Of a DNA stretch of 64,000 bases, positions 13,369-25,490 are shown piece after piece (positions within the stretch are counted from its first letter, which is position 1; every line of letters starts with the position of its first letter). The stretch is from NCBI RefSeq assembly GCF_008831285.2, contig NC_045138.2:7750001-7814000 (forward strand). Direction: 5' to 3'. The translations under genes and the position numbers were made by a program. Origin of the DNA: Nymphaea colorata (lineage: Eukaryota). The notes beneath the pieces were generated by a model, which was not told the DNA's origin, did not search any database, and saw nothing but the letters and a program-made list of their open reading frames with translations.

Positions 13369-14478
13369 TACAGGTATACACATTGTTGTTGGTTTTTCTT
13401 TTGTTTTAGTGAGAGAAACAAAACCATTGAATATGAGCAAAAGACTTTACCTACAAAAACTGGTGCGCATCACTACCCCTCAAGTAGTAAATGCATCTAT
13501 CTTTAAATAGCCATTACCTAAGAAAGTAGGTGTAGGGGAAGGAAAGACAAAAGCTTCTCTGCTGCAGAAAAATGAAAATTTCCCTTGAGTCTTTCTAGAG
13601 TAATAAAAGAGTTGGTTAATTAAGTGATTCGATGGACGCATGGTAGGTAAGATTGGTGCGTGACATTTCACAAGGAACTTGCCAGAAAATTTAGATCACG
13701 TCAAAGGGCAAGTACTGTAGAGGGGAATGCGGGGTCCTTTAAGATAGAGAGAGCATAGAGTTCAATACTTCCTCCTTTTATAACATGAGCCGTGTCCGGG
13801 AAAAGCAGAACATCAATTAAACTTTTGAAGGTGGAAAATCCCAAAATGCATCAAAGGCTCTAGATTCACTTTCTTTTCTCTTTCCAAATTCATCACTTCA
13901 CCAATAACTTAATTCCAAATGCGTCCCCATCTTGTTTCTATTTTCAAAAATGACTTTTTTTTTATTTATACATTTCATGTCTAGTGGAAGAACAAACGGA
14001 TACTAAACATGGAAACCAGATCTTGAACTTTCGCTGAATTTCTGAAATTAGATTTTCTTCTCCACGTTATCACAGGCTTTTTGGTGCAAGAAAAGAGAAT
14101 CTTTTTCTTGCTTAAGGGAGGAAAAAGTTTGAAGAAAGAAAGCCAGATCACTTATGTGGCAGAGCAAACAAAAATTTTTAATTGAAGGGCACTAATACAT
14201 GGTGGCCTAATTTTAGATCCTTTTAAAGGAACTCTGTATGTAGCTAATAAAATGACTAAGAAGCACTACTAAGTAATAACAAATTTCCCGCTTCAACCCA
14301 AGCTTGCACTTAAGCCCTAGAGGTTCCGTCGCTTGCCCGGCAGCATAAAACCCCCAAGGCTCATACCCTTTCTTTTAGTACCTATACATGCTTAGGCTTA
14401 TAGAGGAGGTGGACGTCCATGAGAAGCGAACCGACAATTGACTATATGTCAGTAGGCCGACAATTGACTCTATGTTAG

Positions 14479-14926
14479 TAGGCCTGCACATCGAGCCGAA
14501 CCAACTTGGGCTCGACTCGAACTCGATAAAAAAAACTCGGCTCGTGCTCGACCCGTTTATAAACGAGCCAAGTTTGAGCTTACAATGATACTTGAAACGA
14601 TAAACGAATTGAGTTCAAGTTTTAGGAGCTCGACTTGTTTATATTTGACTCACACTCCCAAACCAACACTCTATATAATATTTTTTTATAATTGGTTTCA
14701 CAAGTTAGATGAGTTACACGAGTTAATGCTTACACGAGTTGAGCGAGTTAATGATTAAACGAATTAATGTTAAACGAGTTAAATAGGTTAAACGAGTCGA
14801 GTTCGAGCTCAAGCTTGTTATAAGGAGCTCGAGTTGAGTTCGAGCCCACCTCCAGCTGGAGTTTTTGAGCCAAGTAGAGTTCAAGCTTGCCAAACTCTCG
14901 CTCCACCAGGCTTGTGTGCAGACCTA
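14479..14926. mobile_element. hAT MITE, TAGGCCTGCACA-TIR family (family C), 448 bp
   Basis: TIRs TAGGCCTGCACA / TGTGCAGACCTA; 8-bp TSD TATGTTAG (14471..14478) / TATGTCAG (14927..14934); GCTCGA/AAACGAG subterminal repeats. Confidence 0.9.
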
Positions 14927-15060
14927 TATGTCAGGCTCTGACACCTAACACTAACAAGTTATGACCAACATCTTGACTTGGGTGTTAAAGTCTCTTAGAG
15001 ATGACTTATTTTCCTCGTTTTTTATAGCCCTAACAAGACTTAAAGATTTTGCATTAAACA

Positions 15061-17120
15061 AAGGTAAAATGCTTCATATCATATGATAATGTACAATCTA
15101 CAACTAGAAAATGCCCGACATTTTGATCTTTCCTTCTTCCAAACTGGTGGAGATAAAAACTCTATTGGAAGAGCAGCCATGCGCTGCATTAGATTGACAA
15201 CAGGTTAGCTGTTTGTGACCATCATTCTAAGAAAAGTTACTACATTTTTATCTTGTGTATAAATGCAGTTTTAACATCCACAAGATCAGAGCATTATATG
15301 AACAAAAAAAGCCAGCAGACTTTTCTTAGAACATTCGGCCATTCTAAGTAATTCTGCACAAAAGCCACATTCAACAAGTTGAGCCAACCCGAACTTGTGT
15401 GCTTAAAATGGACTCGAGTCGAGTTTTAGTTAAGGAATGAACTCGTTTAAGCTGGTGCCACAGAATATGTAGAAGATGTTTCCTTTTATCATAATTTTTT
15501 TTTTTTTTTAAAAGGAAAGTTGCTGCAGTGGGCTTCCTTTTGTCTTAGGTTGAAGGTTCCAGTCTTCTTATGCTCGAGCCGAGCTCGAGCTTTGGGATTT
15601 GAAACTTTAGCCAAGCTCAGCTCGTGAACACCCATATAATGGCCGTATTAAGAATGTGCCGAGTTTGACCCATAATGGATCTGACCTAATTCGATTTGGA
15701 TTTTAGTTCCATTCGCCCAATGTACCATATCCAAGTCTGTTTAGCTTAAGATCCAATACCTGACTACATGTAAGCATGTTGGATATACACTAGATTTCAG
15801 ACTCAAATTTCTTAATCTGGTTTAAAATCATATCCTTTATTCACCAGGCTTGGTTTGAATCAAAGCTGGTAAGTGGATAGAACCAACGTGCTGTTTAGTT
15901 CTCTATGCAAAAAGGATGGTTATAAAAATGAAATTTGTAAAGATGGGCAGAGGAACATGAACAGCATTTTTTTTTCCCCCAAAGGCCAAACTAGTGAAAA
16001 AAAAAACAAAACAAAAAATGCATTATCGATCAAAAAATTCATTTTTCCTTTTAAAAATTTGCTTCCCTGTTTGACTTCAATTATTGATGTTTTCTCACTG
16101 CTTGCTTTCCCTCCGTTTTGTTTTAGATCTCAAATTGCTCAGCCCATATTGACTCATGAGGAGTACATCTTGAGCATGGCAGTGTTTCTGTATAAAATGT
16201 CTAAAAATATACTTATGAGTTATCAATGTGAGAACTCAAAAAATAAAATGACATAAAAATATACATGTTAACCTCAAGAGATACATAAAAATAAATACAA
16301 ACTAAAACTAATGTAGCCTTGCCTCTGGACCTATGCATGCTAAACTATGTTAAAGCTGACATCATTTATCCGTTGTTATAGTCCAAATAGGGATGTCAAC
16401 GAATCGGATATGAATCAAATATACTGCTTTTTTTGGATATTCACGTATTTTGATTCGAATTTAGATTTGAGATGAACAAAGGAAAGTCATATCTGAATCT
16501 GAACCCGAATCTGAATTTCGAACTGAATTTTGCCAATTTTCAAAATGTAAGAGCATTAGATATATGATATTTGTCTAAAAATAAATCCCATCTAAGTCGA
16601 ATCCTATCAGATATTTATGTATATCTGAATTCGGATCCAAATCCAACCGGATGTCATTTCATCAATCCGAATATGATCTAATCTTCTAATGAGATATTAA
16701 TTTTTTTTTCTCATCCGACTTTTTTGAATTGGTTTGGTTGGATATGTGATTCAAATTGGATATATTGATATCCCTAAGCCCAAACAAAATGACAGGGATA
16801 CACCTTGAGTTGTTTTTTCAAAGCCATCAGAAACCCACTTAAATATTTTGCTAAGGTAAAATGCTCCATATCATATGATAATGTACAATGTACAACTAAA
16901 ATGTGCCAAATAACTTGATCTTTCCTACTTCCACATTGTTTGCGAAAAGAGATAAAAATATACCGGAAGAGTAGCCCGGTGCTTTAAATTCACCAGAGAA
17001 TACCTGTTTGTGACAAATAATCTCACAAAGTTTACCTTTTTTTTAAAATTCTCATGCACAAATATAGTAAGTGGGTTTTTCATGTTCATAAGATCAAAGC
17101 GCTATATGATAAATAAAGCA
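15061..17120 (+). repeat. Dispersed direct duplication of about 250 bp (15061..15310 vs 16853..17120)
   Basis: Both copies begin AAGGTAAAATGCTYCATATCATATGATAATGTACAATSTACAACTA and stay collinear through TTGATCTTTCCT, GAGATAAAAA, GGAAGAGYAGCC, CTGTTTGTGAC and AAGATCARAGC. Confidence 0.85.
16388..16776. mobile_element. hAT MITE family B, complete copy (389 bp)
   Basis: TIRs TAGGGATGTCAA / TTGATATCCCTA (Ac/Ds-like); 8-bp TSD AGTCCAAA / AGCCCAAA (7/8). Confidence 0.88.
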
Positions 17121-17700
17121 ACATGAAAACTTTTTCCTCCAAGGCCAACATTGGCATTGAGAATCCAAAATTGCATGCAGCTTTTTCTATTTAAAAATGT
17201 ACCATGGTAAAAATCCAACCACGGTTAATCTGATTCAAATTTGAGGTGACCAAAGACAGACAGGGTGGGCAAAGGGCTCGGTAATCGATGAAAAGTCGGG
17301 TATCCCGTACGTAATGCCCGGGTTTAGGTTGGCTATTTGACATTCAGATTAGTCCGATAAAAAGCCCTTGCTGGATCAAGCTTGTTTAAGCATGGTATTG
17401 AGGACCCTACCTTGTCCGATATGCATTTAAAACTCATCTCTACATTTATATATATATATATTATTTTCATATATATAAAAGCTAACCTGCTTAAGCCGGA
17501 GTAGATTGCTATTCTGCACAGCTCTTTCCTCTAAACATTATCTCACTTTGCTCAACCAAGATTTGAAGGAGAACAGAGCTTAATTCTGCTAACGTGGTGA
17601 CGCTTAAATTCTTGCAAAATATTGTTGATCAGCCAATCTTCATTATGATTAATCGGCTCTAAGAGGCGTATGGACTTGAGATGAATTGTTCACCTCTAGT

Positions 17701-18080
17701 TATGGTCACAAACAATACGTTTTTTTTTTCAAGAAAAAATGAAAAAACACGTGATAAAAAAAATTGGCGTTTAAAACTTAAAAAACGTGTTTTTTTGAAA
17801 AAAAAAAATGTTAAAAACGAAAAAAACTAAAAAACTCGCTTTAATGCGTTTTTTTTACATTTTTTCCTTTTTTTTCATTTTTTAATTCAAAACAAGTTTT
17901 TTTTTCATTTTTCATTTTTGTTTGTTACAAATGTACTTATTTTTTTGATATTTGTGTTATTATTTTTTTACTTATTTTTAGTTTTTTTTAATTCTTAAAA
18001 ACTTACCATATTTTTCTCATTTTTTTCAACCTTACAGTATTATACCAAGAAAAAAAAAAAGTCCTTGTTTAAAAGTCGAG
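17701..18080 (+). mobile_element. hAT MITE family A (A-rich/T-rich arms), copy 1
   Basis: Aligns with 18511..18885 and with the TSD-bounded copy at 61029..61361 (AAACG repeats, CAAATSTACTT, GTATTATA..AGAAAAA..TTTAAAA); ends approximate. Confidence 0.75.
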
Positions 18081-18510
18081 CAAGTTTTATTTATCCAACC
18101 TGGCCAACAGATTTATTGTCCGTGCATCCGAAATTCAGATATACCATCTCGCATTACAGGTCTTTCGATATTGTGTGTTGGTGACAAAATGAGATCAGAA
18201 TGTAAATCTGCTGCAACAGAAAGGCAAATTCAAACTTCATTCAAACAAGGCAAATTCCTCTGCTGAAAGGGAGGACTCGCAACAGATCGATCCAAAATTT
18301 AATATCACCAATGAACGTAGTCACTGGTTTTCAACCATCCGCATCTCACTCACCAGCATGTGTTCTTTGTCTCCTTCATAGTCCATAGGCTGTGATAGTA
18401 AAAGATGTTCAACGTCTGAACATCATACCTTGAAAAACAAATTAGCTACCAAGCTCTGTTCGTATCATCCACCATTGATAGACCAACTCCTCCCTCCTTG
18501 TATGGTCTGC

Positions 18511-18885
18511 AGTAGTCACAAAAAATGCGTTATTTTCAAAGAAAAAAAACGCCAGAAAATGAAATTCCATTTAAAACTAAAAAAAACACGTTTTTTTGAA
18601 AAAAAATGTGAAAAACGAAAAATACGTTTTTTCCATTTTTTTTAATGCGTTTTAACACTTTTTTTCATTTTTTTACTTTTTTTTTTAATGCCAAACAGTT
18701 TTCTTTTCATTTTTTATTTGTTGCAAATCTACTTATCTTTTGACATTTATCTTATTATTATCTCACTTATTTTATTTTTTTTTATTTTTAGTTTTTAATT
18801 TTTTTAAATTACTCTTTTTTTCTCATATTTTTCAAGTCCACTGTATTATATTCGAGAAAAAACCTCCTTGTTTAAAACTCCGAGA
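18511..18885 (+). mobile_element. hAT MITE family A, copy 2
   Basis: Same internal blocks as 17701..18080 and 61029..61361; ends approximate. Confidence 0.75.
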
Positions 18886-18984
18886 CAAAGTATATTGAAG
18901 GCACTTCAACGTCTAAGAAAATTAGAAAATTACGTTAGTAAAAAGAAGAATCAGCTAAGCACTAAAAGAATAAAAAGGGAATTC

Positions 18985-19406
18985 AAAGAGTAGAATATTA
19001 AATTTGATCTGATTTGAACAGGATCTCCGATCGATCCAATCTGAACAAATCGGATATGAAAAAAAAAAGAAATTAATATCTGATCAAGACATTAGATCAG
19101 ATTCGGATTTAAAACATAGCATCCGATCAGATCGGATTCGGATACAGATTCGGATCAGATTTATTTTTAGATAAATATCCAGTCTCTATTGCTATTAAAT
19201 TTTGAAAATTGGTAAAATCAGGTTCAAAGCAGGATTCAGATTTGAATATAAAAACAAAAATCGAATTCAGATTGTAAAATCAGATTTTGGATTCAGATTC
19301 ATATATAACTTTTCTTTATTCAAATTTGAATCTGAACATATGAATATTAGAATAATCGGATATGATTAAGAATATCTGATCGAAATTCGATCCGTTGACA
19401 TCTCTA
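18985..19406 (-). mobile_element. hAT MITE family B copy, reversed relative to 16388..16776
   Basis: Right end CCGTTGACATCTCTA is the reverse complement of TAGAGATGTCAACGG; TCGGAT/ATCCGA repeats; left end degenerate. Confidence 0.75.
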
Positions 19407-19757
19407 ATCATGGTTATGAATTGAGAAATGCATTTATTTTCTAAAATTTACTTGATTTATTTTCAATTACTGTTTTGTCACTGCTAACATCCTGAGGTCT
19501 TATCGTTTCCCCCATTTCGTTTTAGATATGTTCAACACATGATGATGACACATGAGGCGCCTGAGTAACGGTAGTAGTTCTGTGTCATGTACATGTAAAT
19601 ATATGGTCATTAATGTGAAAACCCATAAAAATAGCATCAAATAAAAGGACACAAACCTGGACACGTGAATTTTTTATGTTTGAAGAAAATTTGTGCCTAA
19701 AAATGAAAGGCTGAACAAAAATTCCACAAAAAAGGGTACGCGGTACTAAATACCTAA

Positions 19758-22700
19758 GACGTCATTTGATGTCATAGGACACGCACAAAAGAGGACACGC
19801 TTATCTTTTTTTTTTTCATCAAACGCTGGACACAGGACATGCTGAACATGAAGAATGAATAGAACACTTCCTCCCACTCCCAACCTCGAGCCCCCGACCT
19901 CCATCCCTCAACCTTCTCTCCTCCTCCATCTCCGCCCCTGAACTGCCTTTCTCCTCTATCTCTATCTCTGCACCTGTCCCAGTCGTCTTTCTCTCCTTTT
20001 CCTCCTTCTCGCCCCCGTGCTGCCCTTCTCGCCCCACGTGCTGCCTTTGGTCGAACAGAAATAGGTGAGCGTTTCCTTCTTTTTTTTGTTTTTGTTAATC
20101 TTCTCTTCTCCTACCTGCCCATCGCCCTTCCCCTCTCCGATGGATTTGGGTGCTCAGACGAATTTTCGATCTTCAGAAAGAGGAGAGCATTCGCAGTGGC
20201 CCCTGAGGAAGGGGACGTCACGCCTCCTTTTCTTGACGTCGCAGACTCTGCTCCGCCTGAGGAACCATCGCTGCGCCTCTCTGCTCCGCCCGAGGAATCG
20301 GCACAGGTGACTACATTGAAGATTTTGGGTTTTGCATTTTTTCCTTGTACAGTGCAAAGATTGATTTTATTTTGGTTGTGGACCTGAAAAACGAGGCGCA
20401 GTCCGGCCTCATCCTCTTCGCTCGCTGCTCGTCTAAAAGTTGTTTGTGCCTGAGGAATCGTCGCCCACCATCGAATCACTTGTCAATCACGTAGGTAAAT
20501 ACATTGCAGAGAACCTCCGGCTCTTTGGTTTCGTACTATTAAATGCTTGTATTGTTTCGTGCCTACGAACCAATGTTATAGATCACGTTGTCTATCTTAT
20601 ATCAAGAATCCAGAAATTGCCCAAGCACTTGGATGCTAGACGTTATGAAGATGCTAGACGTTATAGACGAACGCCACTGTGGCTATGATTGGGAACTCGT
20701 ATTTGGTTGGTATTGAAGTTCGATTGCAGAATCTGCCGACTGCACCACTCTTTGGACGGTTTAATATGAACGGAGGTGCAGGACGAAATAGGAATAGAGA
20801 GGAAGAGGCTCTTGGTAACAAGAGATTGAGCTATGCTTCTATGAATGTTCATGTATGAATGTGTAAAGCAACCAGTTTATTTATATGACTAGTTGGGCTA
20901 GGATTTTATGTAGCTGGAATCCAGCTATTTCTGGTCAGTACCAGATACATTTTTTTCATAGACTATTCATATAATTTTAGAAATCTAAACATGGAAATTG
21001 ATGTGGCAAGAGCATACCTCCGTATAGATTTTCATATTAGAAGAGGTAAATATCTTATTTTGAGGGCCTATTTTGTTAATAAATCTATTTTTTCTATATT
21101 CTTGCTGATTTTAATGTTGATAAGTTTGCTGCTGGGAAATACGCTAGACTTCCAGCTTTATGTTTCTATATCTATTCTCAGTTTGCAAGGTTGGAGGAAA
21201 TTAAAGGTTCAGTTCAGTTCGTTCAGTCTTGTATCTTCAACTCGTCTTTCGTAGTGCAGAATAAAACTAACAAGTGTTTTATGAATAATGCCGAAATTTA
21301 TTTAAGGTGATTTTTAATCTTCCGATGGAAAGAAAGTGACTTTAGATGGTTCGGCGTATACTTCTCTGTGTTCAAGTTCTCAATCAGATCAATCAGTTGC
21401 TGCTTAGTTTAGCAACACTAATCAGCAACTGGTATTACATAGAAATTCATACGTTCTTATCATAAGTACAGGCACATAGTTGTACATTGTAATTTTTCTT
21501 TTATAATTGTTCATTTTGCTGTTTGCTCAGGATTTCTATATTTCTATGGTTCTTCATTTCTACGCTTCCCTAGTGCCATTTGATTTTGATTTGAATCTCA
21601 ATTCTCATCAACTCATGCTATCTTTCTCCATATGATCTGAATCTCAACTACAGTCCCTGCTTATAGAAATTCAATGCTGCCTAAGGAAATATGTGTACAA
21701 AACATTTCTCATTGGGGCATCTGAATGTGAATCATGTGATACACTAGTAAAGTTGCATAACAATTAAAATTTAGAAAGATCATCTGAGGCTGCTTGATTG
21801 CCTGTTTCACTTGGAGCAACCTTGGCAAATCAGCTAGCATTCATTCATTTTAGTTGTGTGTTGCCTTTTCTGGGAGCCTGTTAAATAAGAATAACCCAAT
21901 TATATGTGTTTTGTCTTGATTGAGGACTACCGGTCACTTTTCTTTGTCGCATTATATTTTGTTATTCACATCAAAGCTCCAATATGCAGCTTGTTTGTTT
22001 TAATTATATTTGATTATTTTAATATTTTATGATGATAATCTAATTATTTGTTTGTCTTTTAAATTTCTGAAATGCAGGAACTAGACGGTGATGCATCTTC
22101 TAAAGTATTACATGGATTTGATGAGAAGCGTAGTGTGCAGGACAGAAGACTAGTTATCTAGCAAGTTGTCATAGTTGTTTTTGTTTTATGGTTTACAACA
22201 ATTGAATATTTTAAACAATTTGTATTTTGTAGTTTTAGTTGATACTGGTGACTATATAGATGTTTAAACATTGTACAATAATAATGTTTTGTTATATATA
22301 TATGAATGTATTGAAATAGTTGATTTTGCTATAATATTATGAATCGTGTTATCGAATGTACTGATTTGCATATAATTTGATTTGAAATTTATACTTGTTT
22401 TGATATAACATGTTCAAAAAATAAGATATCATATAGTGGATAGAACAAATATAATAGCCAAAATTGATTAAAGAAGAACAAATATAAACAAACACCAAAC
22501 AGGAATTAACCATGGAAGACACAAACATCGGACAGAATAGATAGATCGGATAAGACAAAGACAAACATCAGACAGAACAGACAAAATATACACACACGAA
22601 ACAAACGCTAGACAAGAAGAACATAGTGTTCTGTTCTTAAAATTATCAAACGGTGGACAAGAAACACCATTGTCAACAAGAAACACCATTGTCAATGAAA

Positions 22701-22770
22701 ACAAAACAATAGTGTAATGGACAGGATGTCCTGTCTATCCTGTCCCAGTGGACAGCGATCAAACGTCGTG
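19758..22770. mobile_element. Non-autonomous PIF/Harbinger-like element, about 3 kb
   Basis: TAA on both flanks (19755..19757, 22771..22773). TIRs GACGTCATTTGAT vs reverse complement CACGACGTTTGAT (10/13). GGACA subterminal repeats on the left, TGTCC on the right. No transposase ORF. Confidence 0.65.
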
Positions 22771-23331
22771 TAAGGTTAGTATCCTTGCCCACGGTGTTCA
22801 TATATACAAAAAGCATAATTCACAAAGGGGTACCTAAGTTTTAACTCATTTACAAATGAGTGCTTAGCTTTTCAACTTTTTCATCTGCCCACTTAGATGT
22901 TACAGGAATACATGAAACATACTTATGCTCATCACCATCCATCTATCCATAGTTAGACCTGAAATATATAGTCAGATAGAACGCCAAAGCTACCCTGAAG
23001 AGGTTGTTGGATAGCAGGAATACTTTGTGAATGCACCAGGAGACTCATTTAGATTGAGACAGATTCATGTATCATTTGAACAATTGTACCATGAATTTAC
23101 CCCAATCATTGGGTCGAATCCATAGCCCCCAACCTAGTTCATTTGTGTATGTCATTGGTCCCATTTTGCATATGCTTTGAATTCATTAATTTTTTCCATT
23201 TTATGGAGATTGGTTTTCTCTAACCTAAATCATTTCAAGAAGTGGGAGTTTTTTTTTTTCTTTTTTTATTTTATAAAAAAGGTCTCGAAAGCCAGGAGCA
23301 CAAGCAAAGGGGGGCAGCATTAATTGGTTTG

Positions 23332-23333
<2 letters not shown>

Positions 23334-23402
<69 letters not shown>
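23334..23402. repeat. (TA)n microsatellite, about 34 units, inside a family-D MITE
   Basis: Directly visible. Confidence 0.95.
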
Positions 23403-23405
<3 letters not shown>

Positions 23406-23544
23406 CCTACTAACATTTTCAAAAATCTCAGGTTGCCCCATGTAAAAATTTTTAAAAAATTTTATTTAGTGGTAGCATAACTGTTCAATCCTCTAAAGAT
23501 GATCCTATTTTTACAAGGTGGCTCTGCCTTTTAGAGCTAATTCT

Positions 23545-23609
23545 CAGTCCCGTGCTATTGTGGCCTTGTAGTGAACTACAGTCCCGTGCTATTGTGGCCT
23601 TGTAGTGAA
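23545..23609 (+). repeat. Perfect 31-bp tandem duplication with a 3-bp spacer
   Basis: CAGTCCCGTGCTATTGTGGCCTTGTAGTGAA-CTA-CAGTCCCGTGCTATTGTGGCCTTGTAGTGAA. Confidence 0.95.
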
Positions 23610-24255
23610 GATCCCCACTTCCACAATTAAAACCGTGGAACTTACCAAAGCATTCTAAATAATGGGATGAACTTCCTTGCGAGGATTGTACAAATCAAGC
23701 CTAGTACAAACCGACATGGCATGCATGAGCTGACTTCTGTCCGTCAATCGATATATCATGTCAACCAGAAAACTGACCGCATTCACAAGATACTTGTGCG
23801 CGGATTAAGTGCATTATTTTTCTTGTTTAATGTCGAGAATTGAATATTAAAGTAAGAAAGATATTGATAAAATAATTAAGTTAAGTTTTCATTATTATTG
23901 GAAATCTAGAGTTGATTGATGTTTCTGAAGTTTAGGCTATAAGAAGGATGATGATCATCATATATATTTTTATTTACTGGTGTCTGTACTAGAGACGGTT
24001 TTTCTATTGTTATATATATATATATTTACTTAGTCCATGTTCTTTGAAATAAGTTCATTATTTTTTTTTTAACATCAAATTGTGATGCACAGTAACCAAT
24101 TGAATTTACAAGCACTAGATCTTCTTTATTTAAGTATTGATTAATGTGCTGGTTCGAGCATTGACTCAGGGAAGAAGGTACAGGATATTTCCCTTTTTTC
24201 AGGAACATACATAATCACCATTGGTGCCCTCATTGAGGTAGTTTTGCCTTTGTGT

Positions 24256-24297
<42 letters not shown>

Positions 24298-24384
24298 CGA
24301 TTGCATTAGGTTGTTAATACAAAGAAACGATTCTCAATAATTTGACGTTATTTGGAGCATATAACCATGGTCCCATGTAGACAT

Positions 24385-25490
24385 TGTTGGTGAAAATTAT
24401 GGAAAATAAAAGAGATATATAAGCTTAGAGGCACATTCAACATGACACTCTTTAGAACTCCAATCGTACATTCAACATTCTTAAGTTGTGAAAATGCTAA
24501 TGTCATTTGTTCCCAAGACATAACTAGAACAATACCTCAAGAGATCATGTCTGGCACATATGGTAGTTTTAGCTCTAGTAGTACACAAAAAGGTATTCAC
24601 TCAAATTGCCAATCTCAGAAGAAAAACCAAAAGCCACAATTTAAAAGTATTAAAAAGATGCAACCCTTCATGAAAAAACCTCATACATTGCAACCTTTCA
24701 AAATGAAGAGTGACAAACTTTTAAACCTAAACAACGCACCCTTTCAAAACATACTTTTTCATAAAAAGAAACAAATGAAAATACATATCGTTTAGAAAAT
24801 AATTTATTTATTCATTTCAATTAGAAAAATTTATTTTGAAACTTTATTAACAATTCCCCACTAGTTTAAATTTGCCGATTAAAAGTTATGCATAAGTATG
24901 GATGTCTTATGGATTTGAATCCTTATATAGTGATAGAAACATAAATTGAGTAAGATACTTGGTGGACTTACCTTGAACCCAGCTTCTTTTTATATTAATC
25001 CAAAATTTCTCCACAAATAACGTTTAAGGCAATATTCTGTATAGATTTTTAATTGGCACATTATAAAGCCATGTGCTAATTTTGAATTCATGAGTGCTCT
25101 AGAGGATAAACTTTTCTCATACTAAGTGGCTTGAAATTCTACCCTCATGTAGGTGAGTTAAGTGAAAGTCTACTCACCTCTACCTTAAAGGCACATAGAC
25201 TCATTAAAAGACAATTTCAACCCTCAAACGAATACAAATAATATGAAAACATCAGGAATGAGTTCTCAACATTTATGCTTAATCATAGGCCTAATATGGA
25301 TTTTTGAACCTAGGCGTGTGGGGTCTCTATCACAGTAGGGTTGGTTTTCATCAATATGTGACATTAATAACATTAATCTCATTTTTCTCAATATTTTGAG
25401 TATAAGATTTCTTGAAAGGCGTGTAGGTACAATATTTCTTGAAAAGACTTTTGTCGATAGATAAAACAAATTTTGGTATGACGTCACATA
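24385..25490 (-). mobile_element. Copia remnant: 3' LTR (24385..24852) plus PPT and 3' non-coding region
   Basis: The minus strand reads ACTAGTGGGGAAT|TGTTA..., a Copia-type PPT abutting TG at 24852. The putative LTR is bounded TGTTG...TAACA (468 bp). No coding sequence remains. Confidence 0.55.

Noticed and set aside
949..13506. Short ORFs rich in YI/RE/SL/HT repeats
   Set aside because: Translations of (TA)n, (GA)n and (TG)n microsatellites
20049..20061. GGTCGAACAGA matching part of the miR858 complement (target-mimic idea)
   Set aside because: Only 11 nt pairing to the miRNA's 3' and central part, with no 5' seed pairing; likely chance
23545..23609. CRISPR-like repeat pair
   Set aside because: Eukaryotic context, two copies, 3-bp spacer and no cas genes; a simple tandem duplication
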